Positions 41,931 to 56,879 of a stretch of DNA of 64,000 nt are shown piece by piece. The stretch lies in assembly GCF_009914755.1 (NCBI RefSeq), contig NC_060926.1; one strand, 5' to 3'. The notes under the pieces were generated by a model. The model made no database searches. It had not been told where the DNA came from and was given only the letters and a program-made list of their open reading frames with translations. The stretch's first letter is position 1, and each line of letters opens with the position of its first letter. The position numbers were made by a program, and so were the translations under genes. Source of the stretch: the human T2T-CHM13v2.0 reference genome, Homo sapiens.

Positions 41931-43687
41931 GTCATGGTTTCTCAATACTTTTATCAGGAACAGTTGTAGGCAGAACATTCTATCAACTTTAGGGAATGTT
42001 GCATCCATTTAGCATGACTCTGTTTTCTGCCAATCAGTATCATGTCTTCAGAGACTGCAGGATGTGATGAGGCTATGGGAAGTAATGAACTCAGGTCTGA
42101 TCACCAAACCACTGCTGTCAAATGGGGTGATTGTATGTGTGTGTGTGCATGCTTGTGTGCTTACAAACAATGCAAATAGCCTAATCCCTTTGTGGGGCAG
42201 AGCTCAGCAGGTCATTGTTCACTGCTGGATGCCTGTTCTTTTCATCCTAACCATTTTTTCCCTGGAACTATTTATTATTTCTTCCTTTAACAAAAGAATA
42301 GCCTCACAGGGTGTTGACGACACTGAGTAGCTCATAACATATGACTGCTTCAGTGCAAAGGAGATGTGGCGAAACAGTGAAACTCTACTCCTCATAATTG
42401 TGCATATATGTGTGTGTTTTTTTGTCCAAATGTGTGTCTGTTAGTAGCTCAAGAAGATAAATGTTATTAATCAATTAGTTAATTAAACAAACAGCAACAG
42501 AGTGCTTATTCTGCAACATGCTTTATGCTCCATGCTCTCTTTGAAACTAGGCACTCATACACAATAAATACCATTACGCACAGTTGAAAATCAGTCTGTG
42601 AGTGGAAGAGGCTATGCCAATGGTGACATTTGCTGTGTGCTCTGATTGCTACTGAGCTCTCCCTTATTCTGGTGCTCCACAATTATGGACAACTCAGTAT
42701 TTTCTGCATTAACAAATGGGAACAGTGAGAAAGATAAACCAATACATAGCACGATTAAAACAAATCTATATTTGCTTTTAAATGTAGTCTCAAATATAAA
42801 CAAAGATTGTTTACTTCATAGAAGAGTTAGGAGGACAGTTAGTTATTGGAATACTTTATCCTACTACTTTAATCCTCTGTGAGTTTTAAAATGTGCAGTT
42901 ATTGAAGTAATTCATTACAAATATTTACAAAGTGGTTGATGTTTAACTTTTTCAGCTGATGCTTTATGTTAAATGGACACTGAGCTTGCATTCCAAAATA
43001 GATAAGACAAACTCATACATTTATCTACCCTCTGAACCCAGATCTTCCCTTACATTGCATTTTACTCAGATCTATACCAATCTGTAATAGATGTGAGCTT
43101 CTTGGGGAAGGATTGAGAAAGGAGGTGAATCCATAAAGTTAGGATTTCTCACATGAGTGTCGGATTCGATAAATAATTTTTGGCTTAAAGGCAAGTCATT
43201 CATTAACAGAAGCTAAAATCATGGTTTCATGAATGAAACCATTTTCTTCAGAGTTTTAATTCAAGGTTGGGACAGAAAGATGTTGTAGACTTATGTTACA
43301 TAATATTTGGCATTGTAGATGCACTGATTTTTATTCTTAAGTTTATCCCATATTCATCCCACCAAACTATTTATATAATTGTTCTTTGTATTTAAAAATC
43401 ATCTTCTGACGGTGAATTATGTTTTCCAGCTTCAGTGATCAGTGGCTTTCTCTGACAGTCTCCCTGTGCTTATTTTCCCCTGCATAAAAAATCCATTTAC
43501 TGTATGTAAAGAATTTTCAAATGCATAGGTAAGAAGTATTATCATTGTTCCAGTAATGTCATTCACATTATCTCCATTTATATTCTTGTTTCAGGATGTA
43601 AGAATTTGTCTCTGTGCTGCAATTCCTTGACTATATCTGGATATTCTAGGTTTTTGCATACTGACTTTTTCTCTTCAGCATTCATAA

Positions 43688-44026
<339 letters not shown>

Positions 44027-44200
44027 TGCCAACTTAGAGTTTAATTAATATAATGTTGATTTATTTCCTCTTAGGTTGTTAACCAAGATGCAGAAATTGT
44101 GTTACTATACTTTCCTTAGGATTTCTAGAAATTAAAAATATTCAGTCTATAGTGAACTAAATTGCTTAATTTGCATCTTTTTGGAAAAAAGTAAAAAAAG

Positions 44201-44202
<2 letters not shown>

Positions 44203-44238
<36 letters not shown>
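44203..44238. repeat. (AC)18 microsatellite
   Basis: Direct reading. Confidence 0.95.
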
Positions 44239-44241
<3 letters not shown>

Positions 44242-44295
44242 CCAACATAGCACCAAAGGCCAAATTTTATCAGTTGAGTCAATGAGATGTGTGTG

Positions 44296-45465
44296 TTTTT
44301 TTTAAATAGGCTTTATTTTATAGAGCAGTTTTGAGTTTACAGCAAAATTGAGCAGCAAGCACAGAGGTTTCTCCCACACATGCACATCCTCCCCCATTGT
44401 CAGCATCCTGCACCTCAGTGGTACATTTGTTACAGGAGTTGACCCTACATTGACACATCATTATCACCTGAAGCTCACAGCACTTATTAGAGTGAACATT
44501 AGGGTTTACTTCTGGTATTGTACATTCTATGGGTTTGGACAAACATGTAGTAACATGTATCCACCATTATAGTATCATACAGAATAGTTTGACTGCCTTA
44601 AAAATCCTCTGTCCTCTCTCTATTCATCCCTCCCTCCCTGCTCACCCCAGGCAGCCACTGATCTTTTCACATGCATTTTCTAGATGCCATATAGTTGGAA
44701 TCATATAGTAGAATGTAGCATTTTCAGATTGGCTCTTTCACTTAGTAATATGCATTTAAGGTTCTTCCAAGTCTTTTCATAACTTGATGGTTCATTTTTT
44801 TAAAGTACTGAATAATATTCCATTGTCTGGATGTACCACAGTTTATTTATCCACTCACCCACCAAAGGACATCTTGATTGCTTCTGAGTTTGTGCAATTA
44901 TAGATAAAGCTGAATCCATGCTCAGGCTTTTGTGTGCACATAAGTTTTCAACTTATCTGGATAAATATCACGGAGCATGGTTGCCAGACTGCCTTCAAAG
45001 TGGCTAAACCATTTTGCATTCCCCCAGCAACGAATGAAAATTCCTATTGTTCAACATCCTTGCCAGGATATAGTGTCAGCATTTTGGATTATGGCCATTC
45101 TAATAGGTGTGTAGTGGTATCTCACTGTTTTTTGTTTGTTTGTTTGTTTGTTTTTTGCAATTTCCTAATGACATATGGTATGAAGCATCTTTTCATATAC
45201 TTATTTACCATCTGCATATCTTCTTTGGTGAGGTGTCTGTTAAGGTCTTTGACTCACATTAAAATCTGGTTGTTTTCCTATTGTTGGATTTTATAAATTC
45301 TTTGTATATTCTGGATAATAGTCCTTTATCGGTGCGGGGGGCGGTGAGGCGGGGGGGGTTCTTTTGCAAACATTTTCTCCCAGTCTGTAGCTTGTCTTCT
45401 CCTTTTCTTGACACTGTGTTTTACAAGCATTTTTAATTTTAATAAAATCCAGCTTAATGAGACAT
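44296..45465 (-). mobile_element. L1MC (MC1/2-like) 3' region
   Basis: ctttattttatagagcagttttgagtttacagcaaaattgagc...ttttgcaaacattttctcccagtctgt. Confidence 0.88.
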
Positions 45466-45589
45466 GTTTTCATATTATTTGACCAAAATAAATATGAGCC
45501 CACTTTATTAACTCTTATTTTCCTGAGTGTGTGTACCTTGCCAATCTTTCAGAAGACAAAGGCAGACATTACTCCATGAATGAAAATAT

Positions 45590-46230
45590 AAAGTAGTTGG
45601 AGGCTTGAGGTTCTAGTGTCAGGCTGCCAGGGTACCAATCCTGGCTCCAGTATTTCCTAGGTATGTGACCTTGGGTAAGTTTCATAATGTCTCTGCTATG
45701 GACTACACTGTGTTCCCTCCAAATTCATATATTGAAGCCCTTGCCTTCAATGTGACTGTGTTTGAAGACAGAGCCCTTAAGGAAATAATTAAGAGGTTAA
45801 ATGAGGTCTTAAGAGAAGAAGACACCAGAGTGCGCTCTCTCTCTCTCTCTCTCTCTGTCTGTCTCTCTTCCCTCTGTCTCTCTCTTTGAGCATGCAGAGG
45901 ATCATATGAAGACACAGGGAGAAGATGGCCACTTGTGAGCCAAAGAAAGAGGCTTCACTAGAAATCAATCCTACTAGGACTCTGATTCTGGACTTTCAGC
46001 ATCCAGAACTGTGAGAAAATACATTTTTGTTTGTTTAAGCCACTTAATATGTGGCTTTTCTTATGGCAGCCCTAGAAGACTAATATAATTTCTAAAACTG
46101 AGTTTTCCATCTTCCATGTATAACAATAACATGTATCTGATAAGGACTATTTGGATTAAGAAGAATGACATTTAAATGATTTGGCATAGGACTTGTCATA
46201 TAGAAAGATCTCGATAAATGTTAGCTATTA
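45590..46230 (+). mobile_element. MIR split by an MLT1A LTR
   Basis: aatcctggctcc...tgtgaccttgggtaagtt | gagttttccatc...ataaatgttagctattatt. Confidence 0.7.
45694..46087 (+). mobile_element. MLT1A-like solo LTR with internal (CT)n
   Basis: TGCTATGGACT...AAATTCATATATTGAAGCCC...GGCAGCCCTAGAAGACTAATA. Confidence 0.88.
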
Positions 46231-46821
46231 TTTTCTTAATAAAAGGGTGCTTACTGTAGTGGCATTCAAAAAGAAGGCTTTTTACCTGAAACACATTCTT
46301 CCTTAAGGCATAAATAATGCTTATAAATGTGTCCTGTAGTTTTTTAAATTCCTACATGAAAATCCTGCCAGAACATCAATGTAGATGCATTTATTCTCTG
46401 ATAAAAAGTTTGACATTATGTAGACAGCAAGCTATGCATAATAAATAAAGCAAAAATTATAGAGTAAAATGGCACACATCAGTAAAACATCCAGATGTGC
46501 CCTTACAAAGTATTTTCATGACTTCTGTTTTCATCGTCTAGTCTAAATGTCGGGAATCATGCAAACACAGTCAAAGTTTTGCTAAGGGCTTACACTACCT
46601 CCTGGTACACTATGGCCTTAAACCTTAATAAGGTCTCTTAGGAATCTAATCAATTTTCTAGGGTCAAATAGATTAGGATTTTGCTTCTATTTCTTTTCAT
46701 ACATATTAGTCCAATTATTACACAAGATTTTCTTGGAAAGTCATAGATTACAATGTATGGTTCCATTCTCCCAAGCTATCCAGCTTCCCACTGTCTCCTT
46801 CTCCTCAACAGCTTTAGTGCC

Positions 46822-47199
46822 TGATACGGTTTGGCTGTGTCCCCACCCAAATCTCATCTTGAATTGTAGTTCCCATAATCCCCACATGTCATAGGAGGGA
46901 CCCAGTAGGAGGTAATTGAATCATGGGGGTGGTTTCCCTCATGCTATTCTCATAATAGTGAGAAAATTCTCATGAGATCTGATGGTTTTATAAGGGGCTT
47001 TCCCCTTTACTGGGCTCTCATTCTTCTCTCTCCTGCCACCTTGTGAAGAAGGATGTGTTTGCTTCCCCTTTGGCCTTGACTGTAAGTTTCCTGAGGCCTC
47101 TCCAGCCTTATGAAACTGTGAGGCAATTAAACCTCTTTCCTTTATAAATTACCCAGTCTTGGGTATGTCCTTATAGCAGTGTAAGAGTGGACTAATACA
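46822..47199 (+). mobile_element. THE1 (B-like) solo LTR
   Basis: TGATACGGTTTGGCTGTGTCCCCACCC...GACTAATACA; perfect TSD GTGCC. Confidence 0.95.
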
Positions 47200-47560
47200 G
47201 TGCCTTTAAAAAATAGAAATCAAAATGTTGCTTTCCTATTTAGCCTTCTAAAATCTTCCTGCTGCATTTAGAACACAATCTGAATTTTTTGCTATGGCCA
47301 AAATGTTCTCAAATCACGAATCTCTGCCTACCCTCTTAACATTACTTCTTTCCACAGCAGCACACTTTCCATGGAAGCACACCATTTCTGAGCTACATTG
47401 GCCTTTTAGTTTCTCAAGCTGCCAAGCTCCTTCCAACATGCTGCAGCTTTCAAACATGACCCTGTATCTTTTGACACTCCTCTCTTTAAGGGCTTATGAC
47501 TCCCGTTTCAAACTGTGTGGGTTTATGTCTTCTTTGGTCAATAGGGTGCTTCTGAAGTGA

Positions 47561-48144
<584 letters not shown>

Positions 48145-51049
48145 CTTCTGAGGTGTGGTTATAAATAGCCAGGCATCATATCTTGTTTACTCTTGAGGCC
48201 CTGAGCTGCTTGATAAGAAATATAACTACACTGAGGCACCATGCTATGAGGCAGCCCAGGGCAGAGACCATTTGTATAGATGCTCAGGATGATGGCCCCA
48301 GTTGAGCCTAGCCTTTAAGTCATGCTAGCACAAGAGTCAGACATGATCAAAGTTCTAATAACTCTAGATGATTTCAGTCCCTTGTCTTCCAAGTTATGCA
48401 GATGTTAAAAGTCTGTCTTCTCAGCGGGTGCTCTGTAAAATGTGAAACAGAGAAAAGCCATTTCTCTTGCATTCTGTCCCAATTCCTGACCACAAAACCC
48501 ATGAGCATAACAAATTGGTTGCTGTTTTACGCCACTGGGTCTGGAGTGGTTTGTAATGCAGCAATAGCTAACTATAACACCATCTCGGGTCTTCACAGAG
48601 GCTCTTTGCTCTCCCTAGTATCCTCTTCCCATGCCCTTTGTTGTCATTCTTCACATTTTGCCTTAAACATCACCTCCTTAGATAGGCCTCCTCTGACTGC
48701 CAATGTAAAGTTTCCCCTTTCATTGTCTTACAGGTCCCTGTTCCTCTCCTTCAGAGCTTCCCTAAATATTTATCATTATTTACTTCTTTTTATTTATTCA
48801 GTTTCTGCTGCCTCCATTGTGCTGCTTGCTTTTTTAGAGCAGGAACCACTTTTCTTTTGTTCACCCTGCATAGGATGTGCTCTATGTGCTCATAATAAGA
48901 GGCTGTGGAATATCTGTTGAATAAATAAATGACTATGAGTTCAGTATTGCTGTGTTCTTGTTAGAAAAAAATCACTGAAAGCAAACTGATAGGATTTAGG
49001 AAAAGCTCGGTCAAATTTAAGCAATACGCTTTTATTGTGTACCTGCTCTTGCCAGCTCTAATCTAGTAGCTGACAATGCAGTGATGACCCAGGAAACCCA
49101 AATGTATAAATAGATCCTCTAGAGAAGAACATAGTGGCAACTCACAGATAATCCTCTGTTTGTCATCATCTCTCTGGGCTTTGACAATTTAAGGTAAGAG
49201 TCATGATTAATATAATGATTGGGCTAAAAATGCTAATCCCTTGGTAGGTAGGGCAGAGTTTCCAAGTTCACCAGGAAATACCATGCTGAGCTTTAATCTG
49301 TGAACACTCAAGATGATCAATTTTAACAAACTGGGATAGATCTTCTAAAGACTGGGGAGGTCAACCTGCAGACAGGACTGGAGGGTCCAAAGACAGGACT
49401 GGAGACCAAGGACCCAAGATCAGCATTCATTTATATAGCAAGTAGGGCCATTGGACCAGCACAAGCAGGAGACAGTAGAACGGCCCTAATCAAGACCAGC
49501 TTCTTCACAATCCCTGAGAGTCATCTTCTTTTGAAATAATACGTTTTGGGCCCCAACAGTTTTTTAGTGGTTTCTAGCAGATTCTGTCATCATTCACAAG
49601 ATATACATTGCCTGAACCTTTGATCCATATGCATGCACTTCTGCCAAAATCTGTAAATTATCTCTGCATAGGCTTCTATGGGTGGGCAGGTGTGTATGGA
49701 TAAGTGGATTAAGAGGAAACAGAAATAACCAAACAGTGGCAAACATGGCAACGCAGGTTAAGGAACTGGCTTACTGCTCCAAGATACCTTGATTTAAATC
49801 CACAGTATGTCAAGTTGAAAATGGGAAACTATGGACAACATTGCTTTGCAAGTTTGGTGATCTCATACACAATGTGTCAAAAGGAGGGCTCTGTGATTAA
49901 GGATGTAATCATCTTGGGCAATCAAAGATGTTTTTTGAATCCAGTAGAGAAAACTGGCCTATGGAAAGTCATAGAGAAGAGGAGAAAGTCGAGAAGCTCT
50001 CCTGGTAACTGGTCACACATCCAGCACTGGAAGAGTAGGAGATGCATCTGGGTCTTTTAAAAGGCACCAGCATGGTTAGGTAAGGAGGACAAGTAGAAAC
50101 ACTGATGTGTGAGATTGCGAAGGAGGGGATTCTTTTCAGGAGATGATCTCCTCTGAAATCTGTCAATGTCAGCCTTGGGCTGTGCACTTCCTTCCAAGTA
50201 AGGTGAGATTTCAGGCTCTCTCAGGCATGTTGGCTGAGGCTTCATTCCTGTGCCTAAAAGCTCTGCTGTGCTGGACCTGCTCTTCTCCTGACTTGTCACC
50301 TTGGCTTTACAAGACACGCTAAGGTTTTTTTTCTTCTTCTCCTTCTTTGTCTAGGGTCTTTTAAATGTTCCTCCTGCCAATATTCTGATTCTATTCTGTG
50401 GCTTTGACCTGTGATTCTGAAGTCCTAATAACTGGCTCTCGGTAATTCTTAACACTGTACCTCTTCCTGGTTCCATTCCTTATTCTTCCTATTCCACTTT
50501 TAGAGGTCTGCTCACCAGTGCTGATTAAGCACATTATGGCACATTTGACTTAAAGCCAAAACTTCTAGATTAAAAGAAAAAATTCAGAGGCAAATCACAA
50601 ATATTTGGTATTCTATAAAATAAACTTCTAAGCAATTGAATATATTTCCCTCATTTTCATGTAGCTGCTGTGACATCTTCCTCTTAAATGATCTCTTGTT
50701 CTGTTTGACATGCACAAATCCTTCAAATGCCTTATATAGCTCTTTGTTTCTGAACACTTGAGAAAAGTGAACTTACTGAAGCAATTTGTGTTGTATGGTT
50801 TTTCTTGTACATCCATCCCATATCTACACAGTCTATAATGAAATGACCTGAAGGAGAAATTCCCTTGAAGCTGTTCTTTCTATTGAATAAAAAGTTTCTG
50901 AGATCCCTTAGTATGAATGGTTTAGTGATAAGTGTATTTAAAGAAATCAAGATAAACAAAAGGCCACTTTGTTAACTGAGAGTAACTCAGAAAGAACGGA
51001 TGCGAAGTTACACATATTGAGAAAAACATCTGAATTTAAACAGGGGCTG

Positions 51050-51620
51050 AATGAAGATCTGGATATTTTATTTCTGTGTAAACCTAGAGGAAAGCCATTA
51101 ACCAAGTCTTCAAGTGACTCAAAACTGGGAAAGATAGTTAATATTTCAGGTAACATAACAAAGAGCCAAAAGGATCTTGAAAGGCAAGAAGAAAAGAGTT
51201 TAAATGAATGGAGAGACATGTGAAGTCTTGCACTTAAACTTAGAGAAAAATTCTTCAGAAATTGTCATTTTACGTGAAAATATATCTGTATGTTGAATTG
51301 CCCTCTAGCTACCATTATTAATAACAAGGGATATGACATCTAAGAAAGCTCTCACAATGTTCGGCTGCATTATAAGTACAGACTATAGGTGACTATCAAA
51401 GGAGGCTACTGTACCCATGGGGCTCAGACTCCATCCTGATATTCAGACTTGATTCTAAAAATGACATTGAGTAATACAATTATTTCCTGAAGACGCTGAC
51501 CAGCATCTGCAAGTGTCCTGAAAACAAAGTCAGGGATAGTGGAAAGATTTGCAACTACATCAGGAAAAGAAAAGACGTAGGGGAAAATGTGAATGTTCAT
51601 TGTAAATACTTGAAGAAACG
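51050..51620 (+). mobile_element. CR1/L3 RT-region fragment
   Basis: gactcaaaactgggaaagatagttaata...caaaaggatcttgaaagg...ggctgcatta. Confidence 0.6.
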
Positions 51621-51623
51621 TCA

Positions 51624-51923
<300 letters not shown>

Positions 51924-52014
51924 AAAAGAAGAATGAGATATTCGAGGTGGCTGTAAAGGGCAGGTCTAGAATTCACAGAAGTCACTGAGAAGCAGGATTT
52001 ACATTGGAGATATT

Positions 52015-52700
52015 CAATTCAATGAGTCTGACTATCTGTCATATTCTGAACATTGGGGATACAAAGATAAATAAAGCTGAATTTCTGTTGTCTCATGCAT
52101 AATTTAGAGAGAAAGGCAATGAGGTAAACACAGTAACTATTCAATGTGACAGGTGGTAGAAAGGAAGAAATGGTCAAGCCAGGGAAAGCTTTAAGGAGAA
52201 GGGAGTACTTGAGCTGAATTTTAAAAAAGGAATACCTCCTTGTAGAAGGATGGAATGTGAAATAGAGAGGGTGATCCTGAAGATGGGAATGCCAGCTATA
52301 AAGGTGACAGCAATAAGCCAGAGGGAGACCACAGTAGTGATGAGAGATTTTGAAGAGGCAGAACAAACAAGACTTGGTGGCTGATGGGGTATGGAAAATG
52401 GGGTGAAGAAAGTATGAAACCAGAATGATTCCCAAGATTTGTGCTTTTGTGCTCAGATGGCTGATAGAACCATTTGCAAAGAGATGCAATATGGTGAGCA
52501 TGGATAAGAGGAGAGGAGAGAGAATTCAGTGTAGGGTAAACTGAGCTCACGTGGCTCAGAAACATCTTGATAAAGATGTAGAATGAGGAGATACAAATCA
52601 GAAAACTGGTCAAGGGCCAGGGATGTAGATTTAGGGGCCATCAGTCTATAAGTAGTAATTAAAATGTTAATCTGGGGTGTGACCAAACAGGAAGAAGGTG
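52015..52700 (-). mobile_element. L2 fragment
   Basis: ttcaattcaatgagtctgac...gatgtagatttaggggccatcag. Confidence 0.75.
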
Positions 52701-52928
52701 AAGTCAGTAGTTGAGATTAGGCAGAAAGGCAGTTATATTGGGTAATAAGCATAGATAGAAATGGCGCTGTTCTGGCAAGTCCATGACAATGGATGCCCCT
52801 GAACTTGGGGATGTTGGTTTTTATGAGTTATGAGGTAATCAGCCTCCTATAATTCCATGAATATGAAACAGCTGAACTATGAGACTGATTCTTGTAGGAG
52901 TTTTATAGTTGGTATTCTATGATGGTGT

Positions 52929-55229
52929 TGTATTAATCTGTTTTCATGATGCTGATAAAGACATACCTAAGACTGGGAAGAAAAAGAGGTTTAATGGACT
53001 CACAGTTTCACATGGTTTGGGGAGGCCTCACAGTCATGGTGGAAGGCAAGGAGGAGCAAGTCATATCTTACATGGATGGCAGCAGGCAAAAAGACAGTGA
53101 GAGCCAAGCAAAAGAGGTTTTCCCTCATAAAACCATCAGAACTCATGAGACTTATTCACTATCACAAGAAGAGTATGGAAGAAACTGCCCCCATGATTCA
53201 ATTATCTCCCATTGGGTCTCTCCCACAACACAAGGGAATTATGGGAGATACAATTCAAGGTAAGATTTGGGAAGGGACACAGCCAAACCATATCATTTTT
53301 CACCTGGCCCCTCCAAATCTCATGTCCTCACATTTCAAAACCAATCATGTCTTCCCAAAAGTCCCCCAAAGTCTTAACTCATTTCAGCATTAACTCAAAA
53401 GTCCACAGTCTAAAGTCTCATCCAAGACAAAGCAAGTCCTTTCTGCCTATGAACCTGTAAAATCAAAAGCAACTTAGTTACTTCCTAGATACAATGGGGG
53501 GTACAGGCATTGGGTAGATACAGCCATTCCAAATGGGAGAAATTGACCAAAACGAAGGGGCTACCAGCCCCATGCAAGTCCAAAATCCAGCAAGGCAGTC
53601 AAATCTTAAAGCTCCAAAATGATCTCCTTTGAATCCATGTCTCACCTCCAGATCACACATGCAAGAGGTGGGTTCCCATTGTCTTGGGCAGTTCTGCCAC
53701 TGTGGCTCTGCAGGGTACAGCCTCCCTCCCAGCTGCTTTCACGGTCTGGCATTGAGTGTCTGTGGCTTTTCCAGGTGCACAGTGCAAGCTGCCAGTGGAT
53801 CTATCATTCTGGGGTCTGGTGGAGAGTGGCCCTCTTCTCACAGCTACACTAGGTGGTATCCCAGTTGGGACTCTGTGTGGGGGCTCCTATCTCACACTTC
53901 CCTTCTGCACTTCCCCAGCAGAGGTTCTCCATGAGGGCCCCACCCTTGCAGCAAACTTTTGCCTGGGCATCCAAGCATTTCCATACATCCTCTGAAATAT
54001 AGGCAGAGGTTTCCAAACCTCAATTCTTGACTTCTGGGCACTTGTAGGCTCAACACTATGTGGAAGCTGCTCAGTCTTGGGGCTTGCACCCTCTGAAGCC
54101 ATGGTCCACGCTCTACATTTGACCCTGTCAGCCACAGCTGCAGCAGTTAGAATGCAGGGCACCAAGTCCCTAGGCTGTACACAGCATGGGGTCTCCTGGT
54201 CCAGCCCATGAAACCATTTTTTCCTCCCAGGCTTCTGGCCTGTGAAGGGAGGGGCTGCCATGAAGACCTCTGACATTCCCTGGAGACATTTTTCCCATTG
54301 TCTTGGAGATTAACATTTGGCTCCAGGTTACTTATGCAAATTTCTGCAGCCAGCTTGAATCTCTCCTCCAAAAATGGAATTTCTTTTCTATCACATTGTC
54401 AGGCTGCAAATTTTCCAAACTTTTATGCTATTTCCCTTTTAAAACTGAATCCTTTAACAGCATCCGAGTCACATCTTGAATGCTTTGCTGCTTAGAAATT
54501 TCTTCTGCCAGATAACCTAAATCATCTCTCAAGTTCGAAGTTCCACAAATCTCTATGGCAGGGGCAAAATGCCACCAGCCTCTTTGTTGAAACATAACAA
54601 GAGTCACCTTGGCTCCAGTTCCCAACAAGTTCCTCATTTTCATCTGAGACCACCTCAGCCTGGACTTTAGTGTCCATATCCCTATCAGTATTTTGGGCAT
54701 AGCCATTCAACAAGTCTCTAGGAAGTTCCAAACTTTCCCACATTTTCCTGTCTTCTTCTGAGCCCTCCAAATTGTTCCAACCTCTGCCTGTTACCCAGTT
54801 CCAAAGTTGCTTCCACATTTTCAGGTATCTTTTTAGGGGCATCCTACTCCTGGTACCAATTTGGTGTATTGGTCTGTTTTCATGCTGCTGATAAAGACAT
54901 ATCCAAGACTGGAAAGAAAAAGAGGTTTAATAGACTCACAGTTCCACATAGCTGGGGAGGCCTCACAATCATGGCAAAAGGCAAGGAGGAGCAAGTCACA
55001 TCTTACATGGATGGCAGCGGGCAAAAAGAGAGTGAGAGCCAAGCGAAAGGAGTTTCCCCTTATAAACCATCAGATCTTGTGAGACTTATTCACTATCATG
55101 AGAACAGTATGAAAGAAACTGCACCCATGATTCAATTATCTCCATCTGGGTCCTTCCCACAACAGAAGGGAATTATGGGAGCTACAATTCAAGACGAGGT
55201 TTGGGTGGGGACACAGCCTAACCAAAGAA
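52929..55229 (-). mobile_element. Full-length THE1 MaLR provirus (LTR-int-LTR)
   Basis: LTRs 52929-53295 and 54865-55229, ~1.57 kb THE1-int, 5-bp TSD GGTGT (52924-52928 / 55230-55234). Confidence 0.96.
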
Positions 55230-55593
55230 GGTGTCCTTGCTTTTCACTTCCTCATGTCTCCAGTACCCACACATTTTCACATTTATTTCAGAGTTGGTGT
55301 GTTTCTGGAATGTCTCAGCCTCTCTGGGTCATTCTCTCCCAAGTCAAGAGCAGCATCTTTGGATTATCCAGAGTTGGATGCTCCCTCCAGCTCTTGAAAT
55401 GGCCAATATCCTCATCAGTATCTATAAAATACATGATTTTGAGGCAACTAAAAAAGTGGAGAGCTTATTTGAATCATTACATAGTGTGCCATCCTTTGGA
55501 AGACATTGCCAGTCTTACTATATGGTAAATACCTCGGTGATCAACATGATGGAGTTGACTCATTGCCTTGTTAAACAGAACACCTTCATTTTC

Positions 55594-55825
55594 TTTTTTT
55601 TTTTTAATTATACTTTAAGTTTTAGGGTACATGTGCACAACGTGCAGGTTAGTTACATATGTATACATGTGCCATGTTGGTGTGCTGCACCCATTAACTC
55701 GTCATTTAACATTAGGTGTATCTCCTAATGCTATCCCTACCCCTCCCCCTACCCCACAACAGGCCCTGGTGTGTGATGTTCCCCTTCCTGTGTCCATGTG
55801 TTCTCATTGTTCAATTCCCACCTAT
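55594..55825 (-). mobile_element. Short young L1PA (L1PA3-like) 3' end
   Basis: Perfect 16-bp TSD gaacaccttcattttc (55578-55593 / 55826-55841); GTTTTAGGGTAC, GGTTAGTTAC. Confidence 0.96.
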
Positions 55826-55854
55826 GAACACCTTCATTTTCATACGTAGAAACA

Positions 55855-56050
55855 GTCTAGTGTAAAGGAAAGAAAGCAGAGTTTAAATTAAGATTTGAGT
55901 TCTATATCTGACTTTATTACTTTCTAAAATTTATTTTCTTCATCTGTAAAATGGGAATAATATATAGCTCATGGAGGTATACTGGTAATTAAATAAAATG
56001 ATGAAGAAAGAAAACACTTGGTATAACGAATGACACTTGGTGGACTCATT
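55855..56050 (+). mobile_element. MIR
   Basis: tttcttcatctgtaaaatgggaataata. Confidence 0.75.
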
Positions 56051-56879
56051 CCCCAAATGGAAATCACTATTTATAATTTTATTTTGGAAAAAATTTTCAT
56101 CTCCCCTTATTGTGTGCAAAAATCTTTATCTAGCCTTTAGAGATATATCTATTACATCAATCCATTAGGATAAAAGATTTAAAGCAAAAAAATTTGTGAT
56201 AATTCAAAGGATTTTCATGGCACTGATAAATGGGTCTTTTGTTCGGTATAGATTTCCTCAATCACTTCAATGCTCATTATAGAAGCACCTCTGTTCTATT
56301 CTCTCTTTTACAGTTTTGTTCCTACAACAAAGGAAATCAAAGCACTCAAGTTCAATGTGATGCAGTGCAACTCTGATCTAACTACACTGAAACAAAGAGT
56401 CAGAACCAAGGGGACTGCCTGAATTTGCTCCCCTTGCTCCGCCTGGTTAATGCCACATGCAGAAAATATGTTATCGCTCATGCCACATGTACCGCAGCAT
56501 CAAAGGGCACAAAATCGGATGATTGGGAACTTTGTCTCTCATCAGCTTCTTTGGAGGTGGACAGGCCTATAAGACCTTGTCTGCATGCACCTCACACAGA
56601 CTCAATAGACGGCACAATGGAAATTAACAAGCCCTGAAAGAAATGTTGGCTCCAATAATTAACGAAGTCCTGGGAAACAGAGTTATTTTTTTTTGAGAGG
56701 GGAAACTTCTAAATACAACGAGTTAAAATCCACCATGGATGTAGGATGGTGAATGAATGTACATATTATTGCTTCCACGGGAAATGTTTTACTGCCTGAA
56801 AGCAGAAATTATAAAGTATTGCATCAATAATAAAAAACTAACAACTTTCAACAACACAATAATAATAATGGTAATGTGC

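Noticed and set aside
49370-49404. agacaggactggag repeated twice
   Set aside because: Small local duplication with no further structure.
49815-50060. 81-aa ORF with DVIILGNQRCFLNP, reminiscent of CXC-chemokine 'QRCLNP'
   Set aside because: No signal peptide, no CXC motif, non-ATG start and no exon context, so most likely chance. A TBLASTN/HMMER test would settle it.
52909-55528. Many overlapping ORFs up to 219 aa
   Set aside because: All derive from THE1 LTR/internal sequence, a known source of spurious ORFs.
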